Source of the DNA: Chloroflexota bacterium
Lineage (GTDB): Bacteria > Chloroflexota > UBA11872 > VXOZ01
Reading direction: 5' to 3'
Length of the DNA: 64,000 nt
NCBI GenBank assembly: GCA_963663275.1
Contig: OY760183.1
Coordinates: 2,656,001 to 2,720,000, forward strand
The position numbers and the translations under genes were made by a program. This document shows positions 10,004 through 19,510 of this stretch, in pieces. The number at the start of each line of letters is the position of its first letter. Position 1 is the stretch's first letter. The notes under the pieces are model-generated. The model was not told where the DNA came from, made no database searches, and saw nothing but the letters and a program-made list of their open reading frames with translations.

Positions 10004-10094
10004 TCGACGGGCAAGGGGTAATGCAAAGGTCTCCTGAGGATAATGGCTGTGGCACGCCGCAGGGATTCCGGCAACGCGCAAACTAGCGCCGCCG

Positions 10095-10859
10095 CTAGCC
10101 GTCAAGAGCAAGCAGCCGCCTGGCGTTGCCGCTTGCGATCGCCTCTTTGTCCGCCGCCGCAATCTCCGCCTGGGCCAGCTTGGCGATGCCGCACGCGGGA
10201 TACTGCAAGGGCATGCCCACGCCGAGCAAGACGCGGTTTATGTCAACGCGAGAGGCCAATTGCGCAATCGCGCCCAGTCCTTGCAGGCACGAGGTCTCGA
10301 ACCAGGCGTTGGGGTAGGCGTTCAGCAAGCGAATGCCGTGCCACGTCTCCGCGCCGTAGTTCAGGCCGTGCAAGACGAACTGCACGCCCGGGTACTGCCC
10401 CAGCAGGCCCTCGAACGCCTCTACCGAAGCCACCGGAAAAGACCAGTCCATAATAGCGCGCATCACCAGCGTCACCACCAGGCCGTGTTCCTGGGCCGCG
10501 GCGCAGAGCGGTTCGAGGTGCTGCGGCAGGGTGTTGTGGTGGTGGCTGGGATAGCAGCGCACGCCCCGCGCGCCGGCGGCCGCATACGCGCCCAGCAATT
10601 CGTCCGTACCGGAATGCGTGCTGTCGATGGTGACAAAGGGGATGAGCCGGCCGCCGGACTCCGCGGCCGCGTCCAGGACTTCCGCGTTGCCCAGCCGCCA
10701 GTCGCTCTCCAGCGCCCGGGTGGAACCCACCGCCGCGCGCTCAATGCCATGCGCGTCCATGAGCGCCATCACGTCGGCCGCCGTGCGCTGCTTGAGCGGC
10801 CAGTAGCCCCACGCGCCCACGAAACCGGAAAAGTCCCAGACCGTCATCGTGTTCGCCAT
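10095..10859 (-). CDS. Amidohydrolase_2-family protein with degenerate metal ligands
   Basis: LMDAHGIERA, GN..V, RLIPF, W.ETS, RVLLG..MP, IASGNARRLL; ATG with GGGGAG RBS. Confidence 0.8.
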   Translation of the reverse strand: MANTMTVWDFSGFVGAWGYWPLKQRTAADVMALMDAHGIERAAVGSTRALESDWRLGNAEVLDAAAESGGRLIPFVTIDSTHSGTDELLGAYAAAGARGVRCYPSHHHNTLPQHLEPLCAAAQEHGLVVTLVMRAIMDWSFPVASVEAFEGLLGQYPGVQFVLHGLNYGAETWHGIRLLNAYPNAWFETSCLQGLGAIAQLASRVDINRVLLGVGMPLQYPACGIAKLAQAEIAAADKEAIASGNARRLLALDG

Positions 10860-10869
10860 TCTCCCCGTG

Positions 10870-11607
10870 CTACGAACCCAGCGCCAGCAGGCGCGCCATG
10901 TTGCCGCCAAATATCAGGTCTTTGTCCGCCTGGCTGATGGCGGCGCCGCTCACCCGCGCCATCTGCACGCTCACCTCCAGCAGCGGCATGTCCGTGCCGA
11001 AGATGATGCGCTCCGGGCCGATGCGTTCGATGGTGTACTCCAGCGAGCCGTTGTTGACCGCGCTGCTGGCGGTTTCCAGCAGGAGCGACGGATGGCGCTC
11101 GGCGGCCTGCACGGCGCGCATCCAATCGCCCCGCGCCAGTGCCGTATTGCCCGAATGCGCCATCATCAGAAACGCTTCCGGCACGGCGGCGGCCATCACC
11201 TCGCACTCCTCCCCCGTAGAGTGCGCCAGTATCGGCATGCGGTGCGAGGCCGCCCGTTCCAGCACCGGAAACACCGACGGGCGCACCAAAGGCAACTGGG
11301 GGTACGAGTAGATCTTGATGCCCCTCATGCCGTACTCGTGCACGCAGCGGTCGATTTCGTCCAGCGCGCCGTTGTCGAAGTTCATCGTGGGGATGCTAAC
11401 GTACCCCAGAATCCGATCCGGATGGCGGCGTATGGACTTGCCCAGGGTGTCGTTGCCCTCGCGCATGTCGTGGATCAACGCCGTGAAGTCGGTTACGAAC
11501 AGCTTGTCGATGCCGTTCGCGTCCGCAATCCGCAGCAGGTCGTCGATGGTGGCGCTGAAGTTGTAGGCGGTGGAAACGCCCACGTGCACGTGGGAGTCGA
11601 TTATCAT
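10870..11607 (-). CDS. Amidohydrolase_2-family metal-dependent hydrolase
   Basis: MIIDSHVH (HxH), GIKI, MAHSG, RIIFGTDMP, IFGGNMARLL. Confidence 0.88.
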   Translation of the reverse strand: MIIDSHVHVGVSTAYNFSATIDDLLRIADANGIDKLFVTDFTALIHDMREGNDTLGKSIRRHPDRILGYVSIPTMNFDNGALDEIDRCVHEYGMRGIKIYSYPQLPLVRPSVFPVLERAASHRMPILAHSTGEECEVMAAAVPEAFLMMAHSGNTALARGDWMRAVQAAERHPSLLLETASSAVNNGSLEYTIERIGPERIIFGTDMPLLEVSVQMARVSGAAISQADKDLIFGGNMARLLALGS

Positions 11608-11785
11608 CGCGGCTTTCTCCTTGCCGCACAGGCTAGCAGAGCATGGCCCGTTGCGCAATCTCGACCGCTCCGGCAATTCCGGTATACTAGGGTGCAGTTT
11701 CAGGAATCAATGGGCAGCGAAACCTCCGAGCGCCCATGGCGGCCCCGCGAGCGTTTGGCAAGCAAGAGAGAAAGGTGTGTGCATC

Positions 11786-12604
11786 ATGAAGAAAGCGGTC
11801 TGCGGCAACTGTTTCGGCAACGACGTGCCTCTGGTCGAGGCGATGAGCATGGCGAAAGCGGCCGGATTCGAGGGCATCGAACCGAGCCTGACCTTGGACG
11901 GGGCGATCACTACGACTTCATCCGAGGACGACCTCAAGCGCCTGCGCGACCACGCGGATAAGTCTGTGGAAATCCACGGCCTGATGGGCGGCCAGCCGAT
12001 CCGGAGCGCGCCGCTGACGACTCTCGACGACGACCAACTGAATCAGGGGGTTGAAAACATCGCGAGCGCCTTGCGCGTGGTAAAGACTCTCGGCGGCACC
12101 AGCCTCTTGGTCGTGCCGGGCACGGTCAGCGAGAGCGTGCGCTATGACGTGGCCTATGAAGGCACGTTGGAAGGCTTGAAGCGCGTCGCGCCCATCGCGG
12201 AAGACCTCCGAATCCACGTGGCGGTGGAAAACGTGTGGAATAAGTTCCTGCTCTCGCCGGTGGAGATGCGCAACATGCTCGACGAGGTGAACAGCCCGTA
12301 CGTGGGGTGCTACTTCGACGTGGGGAACTTCCTCGGCTGGGCCATCCCGCAGCACTGGATCGAGATCCTTGGCAGCCGCATCAAGAAGGTGCACGTGAAA
12401 GACTTCAAGGTGGACGTGGGCAACTGGCACGGCTTTGTGACGCTGCTGCAAGGCGACGTGGACTGGAAAGCGGTGCGCGGCTCTTTGCGTACGGTTGGGT
12501 ATGATAGCTACCTCTCCGCCGAAATCCCGCTGCACGACGTCTTTCCTGAAAAGAGCCTGCGGGACATCAGCACCAGCTTGGATACCATCATCGCCAGCGC
12601 GTAG
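11786..12604 (+). CDS. Sugar phosphate isomerase/epimerase (xylose isomerase-like TIM barrel)
   Basis: AGFEGIE, VENVWNKFLLSP, YFDVGN, VHVKDF, GDVDW, SAE. Confidence 0.88.
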   Translation: MKKAVCGNCFGNDVPLVEAMSMAKAAGFEGIEPSLTLDGAITTTSSEDDLKRLRDHADKSVEIHGLMGGQPIRSAPLTTLDDDQLNQGVENIASALRVVKTLGGTSLLVVPGTVSESVRYDVAYEGTLEGLKRVAPIAEDLRIHVAVENVWNKFLLSPVEMRNMLDEVNSPYVGCYFDVGNFLGWAIPQHWIEILGSRIKKVHVKDFKVDVGNWHGFVTLLQGDVDWKAVRGSLRTVGYDSYLSAEIPLHDVFPEKSLRDISTSLDTIIASA

Positions 12605-12747
12605 AGGGTACCCGCGGGCGTACAGCGATAGAGACACTACGCGCCGGTGCTGCTTGGAAGGGCGGAATCGTGAAGGGTATCGACCACTTGCAGCGAACGA
12701 GTAATCGCTGCCGCGTAAGTGGTCTCTTGCGGCAGCGCCAGTGATAG

Positions 12748-13125
12748 CTAGCGGCTAGCGCCGTCCAGCTTTTCTACGAGCGCCTGCACGCGTTGAATGC
12801 CGTCCTGCACGAACTCGTCCGGCTGCCAATCCTCATAGAAGTTCTGGTGCAAAGAACTCGCATCTTTGAAGAGTGTAAGAAACTCCGGATCAGCCGCTTC
12901 GCGTGAGATGCGACCGACGACGTGGAAGAGCCGCGCGTGGGAGTTGTGCCGCCATCCTCGCTGCTCGGCGGCCGCCTTCACCGCGTGGGCGGCCGCCCCC
13001 CACGCCTTCTCCGACGCCTGGAGCCGGTCGCCGTTATCAAACTCTTCCTGCGCCTGGCGGATGAGCCGCCGGCTGAGAGCCGTGTACTTTGCCGCGTTGC
13101 CGTTGCGTCTGTCATCCGCGAGCAC
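12748..13125 (-). CDS. PaREP1-like (HEPN-related) protein
   Basis: QA.EEF..GD..QASEKAWGAAAHAVKA, H.SH, LHQNFYE. Confidence 0.75.
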   Translation of the reverse strand: MLADDRRNGNAAKYTALSRRLIRQAQEEFDNGDRLQASEKAWGAAAHAVKAAAEQRGWRHNSHARLFHVVGRISREAADPEFLTLFKDASSLHQNFYEDWQPDEFVQDGIQRVQALVEKLDGASR

Positions 13126-13326
13126 GTGCGTTCACCTTTCCACACTATGTTGACCTGGAATCGACCGTCATCGCCACATTCCACGTGCGGCAAGCGCCGT
13201 AGCGAAACGCTTCCACCCGCCCGCCGCATGGATGCCGGGCACGCCTGCGTCAGACGGTATGCTTAGAGTATACCGCACGACCGGAAGTGGTGGGGCATTT
13301 CGCCGTGGTCAGCCGGGAACCAGTCG

Positions 13327-13689
13327 CTACTGCGCCCGGATCACGTTACCATCCGGGTCGAGTTCCACCAGGCGAAACGCCCGGCCTTCGCGGTACGCTT
13401 GGCACTGGTTCTCCGGCTCATCGTCCACCGGTTGGCGGGGAGCGTGCACGATGTCGGCCACCCAACCGTCCATCAGGTTCTCCGACAGGCACGGCCCGGC
13501 GGAGAAATCCATGCCCTCCGCCTTCTTCCGCGCATAGACTTCCTGAGCCAGGGCAATGGCGCGCTCCCGTTCCTCCACCACGTCCGCGCCGGTATTCGCC
13601 AGGCGCACGAGCACCACGATGAAGAGAATCACCAGCAGAAAAGCCACGGCGAGCGGCAGCACGCGGTAACGGACTATGTTGCCTATCAC
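13327..13689 (-). CDS. Small membrane-anchored hypothetical protein (GPCL...ENQC domain)
   Basis: GTG overlaps the sulfatase TGA; one N-terminal TM helix; two Cys in the soluble domain. Confidence 0.75.
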   Translation of the reverse strand: MIGNIVRYRVLPLAVAFLLVILFIVVLVRLANTGADVVEERERAIALAQEVYARKKAEGMDFSAGPCLSENLMDGWVADIVHAPRQPVDDEPENQCQAYREGRAFRLVELDPDGNVIRAQ

Positions 13690-15236
13690 GCGTCCGCCCC
13701 GCCTGCGAGCCGGTAGTTGCGCAACTGCTCGCGCTGGCGGACATCCACGGGGTAGTTCTGCTTCCACCGCGCGTATTGCCAGCCCCGGCCCACTCGTTCC
13801 TTGTTCTCGAATTCATCCAGGCGGAGCCAGGCGTGGGTCGGCTGTGGAAAGAGCGCCCAATCGTCGCCGTCCAGCGGGTCGGTATAACCGGCCGCGCGGA
13901 AGTGGCTGAAGAGGGCCTCCTTCAGTTCCCGCTTCACACCGGCAAGACCCGGCTCATGGGCGTGATTCACCAACTCGTTGCCGCCGTCACGGTAGTTGAG
14001 CAGAATCTCCATGCGGTCCGGCGCGCAGTAGATGTACTTCCACTCCGCGTTCATAGCGCAGTACATGCCCAGATCCTTCTCTTTGATCTGTCCGAAGAGA
14101 TAGGGCCTGCCAGGCGAGCCTTCGTCGCTGGCCGCGTCGAGCAGCGGCATGCCGTCGAATTCAGGCTCCTGGGGCGCCAAGCCCGCGGCGGCCAGCAGCG
14201 TCGGCGTCACGTCCTGCAAACCCACGAGGTGCTCGCGCGCAACGCCCTGCGGCAACGCGCCCGGCCAAGAGAGAATGTACGGAATGTGGCACGCCGGCTC
14301 GTGGTAGTTGCGCTTGCCGAACGCATAGTGATCGCCGAGGAACTCGCCGTGGTCGGCAACGAACATGATGAGGGTGTTTTCGCGCTGCCCCGTTGCCTCC
14401 AGCGCCTCGAGGATTTCACCGACCCAGCTATCCACGAACGAAACGCAGGAGAAGTAGTACGCCTTCATCGAGCGCAGCAGGTTATCGTCCGGGAAGAGGT
14501 CCATCCACTTGCTGCGGTTCTGGCTGCGTTGAAACCAGGTATGCCACGCCGTTTCACGCTCGCCGCGTACCGGCAGCGGCATGTCCGTGCTCCGGTAGAG
14601 GCGGTGCCAGGGCGCCGGCGGATCGAACGGCGGATGCGGTTTGATGAACGACGTCCAGCAGAAGAACGGCGCGTTCTCGCCGGCGCGCTCTTCTATCAAT
14701 TCGATGGTCTTCCGCGCCGTCCAGGCCGTCGTGTGCAGATTTTCCGGCAGTTGCGAAATCTGGGGAATGTAGTAGAGTTCGTGCCTGACGCCGTGGGGTT
14801 CTTCCACGTGGCCGTAGCCGGCCGCCAGCACGTCTTGCAGGAACTCGTCGTTTTCCACCTGGCGGGGCACTTCCTCGCTGAGCCACATGCGGTCGAAACC
14901 GTGGCGCTCGCGCACCGGCGTGAAGTGCATCTTGCCGACCGCTTGCGTAAAGTACCCCGCCGCGCGCAGCCGGGACATCACCGTGGGATGATCTGCGGGC
15001 AGGGCGTAGCCGTTGTCGAAGATGCCGGTGCGGTGCGGCAGTTGGCCGGTCATGCAGACGGCGCGCGCCGAGACGCAGACCGGCGATTCCGTATAGCCGT
15101 AGGCAAAGCGCACGCCCTCGGCGCAGAGACGATCGAGATTGGGCGTCTGTATGTGCTCGTTACCGGCGGCGCCCAGCGCGTCGAAGCGCAGTTGGTCGCA
15201 CATGATGAGCAGCAGATTCGGTCGCGCTTTGGACAT
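13686..15236 (-). CDS. Sulfatase (formylglycine-dependent family), cytoplasmic
   Basis: PNLLLIMCDQLR, SPVCVSARA..TG, VGKMHF, PHPPF, ADHGE..GDH; no signal peptide. Confidence 0.92.
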   Translation of the reverse strand: MSKARPNLLLIMCDQLRFDALGAAGNEHIQTPNLDRLCAEGVRFAYGYTESPVCVSARAVCMTGQLPHRTGIFDNGYALPADHPTVMSRLRAAGYFTQAVGKMHFTPVRERHGFDRMWLSEEVPRQVENDEFLQDVLAAGYGHVEEPHGVRHELYYIPQISQLPENLHTTAWTARKTIELIEERAGENAPFFCWTSFIKPHPPFDPPAPWHRLYRSTDMPLPVRGERETAWHTWFQRSQNRSKWMDLFPDDNLLRSMKAYYFSCVSFVDSWVGEILEALEATGQRENTLIMFVADHGEFLGDHYAFGKRNYHEPACHIPYILSWPGALPQGVAREHLVGLQDVTPTLLAAAGLAPQEPEFDGMPLLDAASDEGSPGRPYLFGQIKEKDLGMYCAMNAEWKYIYCAPDRMEILLNYRDGGNELVNHAHEPGLAGVKRELKEALFSHFRAAGYTDPLDGDDWALFPQPTHAWLRLDEFENKERVGRGWQYARWKQNYPVDVRQREQLRNYRLAGGADA

Positions 15237-15571
15237 AGCCTGCCCCTTTCCAGGGTCGAGTCCCATAGAATACCAAGAATTGCCGCAGCAGCGCATTCAT
15301 AGCCCCAGCGCCATGCCAGACTCTCCCGCGACCTTATGGGGCGGTTTTCCAGGTGGAGCGGTCCCGGTTGCCGGACGACATTGGCGGCAGCGAGTTGCCA
15401 GGCGGCGGAAAACTGTGTTAATTTACGTGGCGTTGCCCATGCGCGCGCCGCGAAGGCCTTCTGGGCTTAGGCCAAGAACGGTCCTCGCAGCCGTGAATGA
15501 GCGCGCTTGCAGAGATATTGTAACGGGTTCGCGCCCGCGCGATAAAGCGGCGACAGCGTTGCGCGTCTCGC

Positions 15572-15599
15572 TTGCATCTTGCGGGGGCATCGGTATAAT
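15572..15599 (+). promoter_or_regulatory. Putative promoter of the ACIII operon
   Basis: TTGCAT-16bp-TATAAT, about 275 bp upstream of the first ATG. Confidence 0.55.
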
Positions 15600-15874
15600 A
15601 GACCAAGATGCACGAGAAGGAGTGCGCACGTTCCACCAGGCGGTGCGGCCCAGTTGCATGAGACGCACGCTAGACAATCGAGAAAGCACTATTTCGTGAC
15701 AGACCGGACATACCAGAGACGGCCAACCAACGATAACCCTGGCGCCACGCCAGGGAGTTTAGTGTCCATGACCGCCCCGCAGGCGCGCATACGAACGGTT
15801 GCCTCGCACTCTTCATCCGCTGAGTTGGGGCGCGCCGCCCCGTCACGCCTTTCTCGTTTCCAAGGAGACCGGGC

Positions 15875-16414
15875 ATGACTTCTCACGCGCTGCGCATTAC
15901 AATAGGCGCTCTGGTTGTCGTCGTGGGCCTCCTCGTCATTGGCGCCGTTTCCTGGATTAGCCTCGCCTCGGAGGGTCCGGAGCAGCCAATAGAGTTCATG
16001 CACACGGTGCACGTGGAGCAGAACGACATCGATTGCGTGTTCTGCCACCGCAACGTGGAGACCGGCGCGGAGGCCACTATCCCGGCAATCGAGCAGTGCA
16101 TGATGTGCCATCAGGTAGTTAACGGCGAAAACCCGATGGTAACGAACCCGCTGCACATTGCCGAAATCGGGAAACTGCAAGCGCATTGGGAGAACAAAGA
16201 GCCGATCGACTGGGTGCGCGTGCACGTCATGCCGGACCATGTGCGTTTCGTCCACGCCGCCCACATCAAAGCGGGATTTGATTGCGCCACGTGTCACGGT
16301 GACGTGGGCTCGATGGAACGGGTGAAGCAGGTGCGCTCGCTCAACATGGGCGACTGCGTGGCCTGCCACCGCGAAAACAACGCGCCCACCGACTGCACGA
16401 TCTGTCACCGCTAG
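15875..16414 (+). CDS. actA: Pentaheme cytochrome c, ActA/QrcA-like
   Basis: N-terminal TM; EQPIEF.H..H; five CxxCH (CVFCH, CMMCH, CATCH, CVACH, CTICH); W.RVH.MPDHV.F.H. Confidence 0.88.
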   Translation: MTSHALRITIGALVVVVGLLVIGAVSWISLASEGPEQPIEFMHTVHVEQNDIDCVFCHRNVETGAEATIPAIEQCMMCHQVVNGENPMVTNPLHIAEIGKLQAHWENKEPIDWVRVHVMPDHVRFVHAAHIKAGFDCATCHGDVGSMERVKQVRSLNMGDCVACHRENNAPTDCTICHR

Positions 16415-16423
16415 AGGAGAGTC

Positions 16424-18685
16424 ATGCGACGACGGGATGTCCTGAAACTGGCCGGCGCCTCGGGCTTGGGTATCGGCAGCGGTGTGGCCTTCGTGGGCTG
16501 CGGCGCGCCGGAACGCGAGTACCACATCCAGAGTCCCGTGAATATCCCTGAGGACATGGTGACCGGGCTCGATACCTGGTATGCCAGCATCTGCCAGGAT
16601 TCCGGCGACGGCTGCGGCGTGATCGTGCGGGTCGCGGGCGGCCGCGCACGCAAGATCGAAGGCAATCCCGATTACCCCTTGAACCGCGGCAAGACCTCCG
16701 CGCGCGCACAAGCCGCCCTGCAAACCCTCTACAACCCCGACCGCATTCCCAATCCCATGGTGCCCAGACAGAGGCGCGGCTCCGGCCGTTACCGCTTCAT
16801 GCGCTGGGACGACGTGCTGCCGGAGTTTCTAGAGAAGCTCACCGCCGCCCAGGACGGCGGCATCGTGATGATTACGGAGCCCGTCAACGGGCACCTGGGC
16901 ATGATCCTCGAACGCTTTACGCAGAGTATCGGCGCGCGTTGGCTGACCTACGAACCGCTGGAACGGGCCGCCGTGCGGCAGGCCAGCGCGCAGGTGTTTG
17001 GCACGACCCGCGTGCCGCAGTTCGACGTCGCGCGCACCGACTACGTGCTCTCCATTGGGAGCAATTTCCTGGAAGGCGGCGACTCTCCGGTCCATTACGG
17101 ACAAGCCTACGGCAATTTCCGCCAGGGGCCGGGCCGCGAGCGGGGCGCGTTCGCCCACTTCGACACGCACCTGACCATGACGGCCGCCAACGCCGACGAA
17201 TGGCATCCGGTAAATCCCGGCACGGAGGGAATCCTGGCGCTGAGCATCGCCCACGCCGTGCTGGACGGCAATTCGCCCCCCGCCGCCTTCCGGCCCCTGA
17301 CCGGCGGAACCGGCAATTTGGAGGCGTATGCCGCCGAACAGGTCGCCGCCGTTACCGGCGTGCCGGCTGATGTCATTCAGCGAGTTGCCCACGACTTTGC
17401 CGCGGCCCCGACCGCGGTGGCCATGGGCGGCGGCAGCGCCGCCGGCCATACCAACGGGCTTTTCAACGTGGCCGCCGTCTTTGCCCTCAACCTGCTGAAA
17501 GACAACGTAGGCAAAGCGGGCGGCGTGCTGCTCAACGCCCCGTCGCCTCTGCCAGACATACCCGCCGAAGCGCCGGTGACCTCATTCCAGGAGTGGCAGG
17601 CCTTCCTCAGCGAGATCGACGGCGGCCAGGTTCCGCAGGTGCTGCTCATTCACGGGGCCAATCCCGTTTTCGGCCTGCCCGGCGTCTTGAACGCCGCCAA
17701 CATACTGGATGAGATACCTTATATCGTCAGCTTTTCCAACGTTTTGGACGAGACCACGGCCTTGTCCGACCTTATCCTGCCGGACCACCACTACCTGGAG
17801 AGTTGGGGTACCAGCGTGCCGCCGCTCGGCGCGGAGTACTCGACGCTGGGCATCCAGCAGCCGGTAATCCGCCCCTACCATCAGGAATTCGACGGCGCGG
17901 CCGGCACGCGGGCCTTCGCCGACGTGCTGCTCGGTCTGGCGCAGACCCTCGGCGGCCCGGTTGCCGAAGCGCTGCCGTGGGATTCGATGCGAGACGCCAT
18001 ACGCGCCAGCGTCGATGAGTTACAGGCCCGGGGCGACGGCTCGGTGACAAGCGATGATCCGGAAACTTTTTGGTTGTCGGTCTTGCAGCGCGGCGGCTGG
18101 TGGGTACCGGCCGAGGACGTGAGCTCGAACGAACCGGATCTGTCCGGCTTGACGTTGGCGGAACCGGACTTCAGCAGCGCCGCCCAGGACTACCCCTATC
18201 ATCTCATCGTGACGCCGTCCGTACTGCTGGGGGACGGCAGCGGCAGCCTGGCCGCGTCGCCGTGGCTGCAATCGACCGCCGACCCCATGACCACCGGCGT
18301 CTGGGCAACGTGGATCGCGCTAAGCCCCAAGACGATGGCGGAACTGGACATTCAAGAGAACGACATCGTGCGCATCACCTCGGTGGCCGGATCGCTCCTG
18401 GCGCCCGCGTACCCGTATCCCGGCATCGGCGAGGGCCTGGTGAGCGTGCCGCTCGGCCAGGGACACCGGGAACTGGGACGGTACGCCGAGAATCGCGGTG
18501 AAAACGCCCTGCGCATTCTCGCGCCGGTGGTGCAAGCGGGCACGGGCGCTCTGGCGTGGTCGGCAACGCGCGTGCGGATCGATAAGACCGGGCGGCGCAC
18601 CCGCCTGCCGCGCATCGAGGGCATCACCGCGCCGGTGCAGATGCCGGATGAGCAGACGTTCCAGATTACCAACGAGACCCATTAG
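16424..18685 (+). CDS. Molybdopterin-oxidoreductase-fold subunit, ActB N-terminal part / QrcB-like
   Basis: Tat signal RRRDVLK with possible lipobox FVGC; KIEGNPDYP; LYNPDR; DET..SDLILP..HYLESWG; incomplete Fe-S Cys set. Confidence 0.85.
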   Translation: MRRRDVLKLAGASGLGIGSGVAFVGCGAPEREYHIQSPVNIPEDMVTGLDTWYASICQDSGDGCGVIVRVAGGRARKIEGNPDYPLNRGKTSARAQAALQTLYNPDRIPNPMVPRQRRGSGRYRFMRWDDVLPEFLEKLTAAQDGGIVMITEPVNGHLGMILERFTQSIGARWLTYEPLERAAVRQASAQVFGTTRVPQFDVARTDYVLSIGSNFLEGGDSPVHYGQAYGNFRQGPGRERGAFAHFDTHLTMTAANADEWHPVNPGTEGILALSIAHAVLDGNSPPAAFRPLTGGTGNLEAYAAEQVAAVTGVPADVIQRVAHDFAAAPTAVAMGGGSAAGHTNGLFNVAAVFALNLLKDNVGKAGGVLLNAPSPLPDIPAEAPVTSFQEWQAFLSEIDGGQVPQVLLIHGANPVFGLPGVLNAANILDEIPYIVSFSNVLDETTALSDLILPDHHYLESWGTSVPPLGAEYSTLGIQQPVIRPYHQEFDGAAGTRAFADVLLGLAQTLGGPVAEALPWDSMRDAIRASVDELQARGDGSVTSDDPETFWLSVLQRGGWWVPAEDVSSNEPDLSGLTLAEPDFSSAAQDYPYHLIVTPSVLLGDGSGSLAASPWLQSTADPMTTGVWATWIALSPKTMAELDIQENDIVRITSVAGSLLAPAYPYPGIGEGLVSVPLGQGHRELGRYAENRGENALRILAPVVQAGTGALAWSATRVRIDKTGRRTRLPRIEGITAPVQMPDEQTFQITNETH

Positions 18686-18703
18686 CAGCGGGGAGAGACG
18701 GCG

Positions 18704-19510
18704 TTGAAACAGGCCGTAGAAGGAACAGAACAAGACACGAGCAAGCCCGTGGCCAGCATCGGCCGGCGCTGGGGCATGGTGGTAGACCTGGACCGCTGCA
18801 CCGGCTGCCAGGCCTGTGTGGTGGCGTGCCACGCGGAGAACAACATCGCGCTCAACCTGGAAGACGTGGTGCTCCAGCAGCGGGCCATAAACTGGATTCG
18901 CATCGAGCGCTACTGGGAAGGCGAGTATCCCAACGTCAAGGCGCGCTTCCTGCCCATGTTCTGCCAGCACTGCAACAACGCTCCCTGCGAGCCGGTGTGC
19001 CCCGTGTACGCCACTTACCACAACCAAGAGGGCCTGAACGTGCAGGTATACAACCGCTGCATCGGCACGCGCTACTGCGCGAACAACTGCCCGTACCACG
19101 CGCGGTTCTTCAACTTCTGGGAACGCGACTTGGACGACACGCACCAGGAGTACCTGAATCCCAACGTGACCGTGCGCACCAAGGGCATCATGGAGAAGTG
19201 CACCTTCTGCGTGCAGCGCATTCGCAAGAGCGAGTGGGAACGCCGGCAGGCGGACGAACCGTTGCAGGAGGGCGACGTGACGCCGGCCTGCGTGCAGGCC
19301 TGCCCCACCGATACCCTCGTCTTCGGCAATCTCGAAGACGAAGACTCTGAAGTGGCGCAGTTGGCGCAGGACAAGCGCCACTACCGCGTAATGGAAAACC
19401 TTGGCACCGATACCAACGTGATCTACTTGAAGAAGGTTGATCCGCATGCAAGCGAGACAGCACCAGCACACGCTGGAACCGCTGCCGACTCCGGCAGAAA
19501 TAGCGCGTGA
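18704..19510 (+). CDS. Iron-sulfur subunit, ActB C-terminal part / QrcC-like
   Basis: WGMVVDLDRCTGCQACVVACHAENN, CQHCNNAPCEPVCPV, YNRCIGTRYCANNCPY, MEKCTFCVQRI, ACVQACP. Confidence 0.92.
   Translation: MKQAVEGTEQDTSKPVASIGRRWGMVVDLDRCTGCQACVVACHAENNIALNLEDVVLQQRAINWIRIERYWEGEYPNVKARFLPMFCQHCNNAPCEPVCPVYATYHNQEGLNVQVYNRCIGTRYCANNCPYHARFFNFWERDLDDTHQEYLNPNVTVRTKGIMEKCTFCVQRIRKSEWERRQADEPLQEGDVTPACVQACPTDTLVFGNLEDEDSEVAQLAQDKRHYRVMENLGTDTNVIYLKKVDPHASETAPAHAGTAADSGRNSA

Noticed and set aside
16424-18685. Active molybdoenzyme (polysulfide or formate reductase) catalytic subunit
   Set aside because: Incomplete Fe-S motif and ActA/C/D/E context fit the cofactor-less ActB/QrcB group better; not proven
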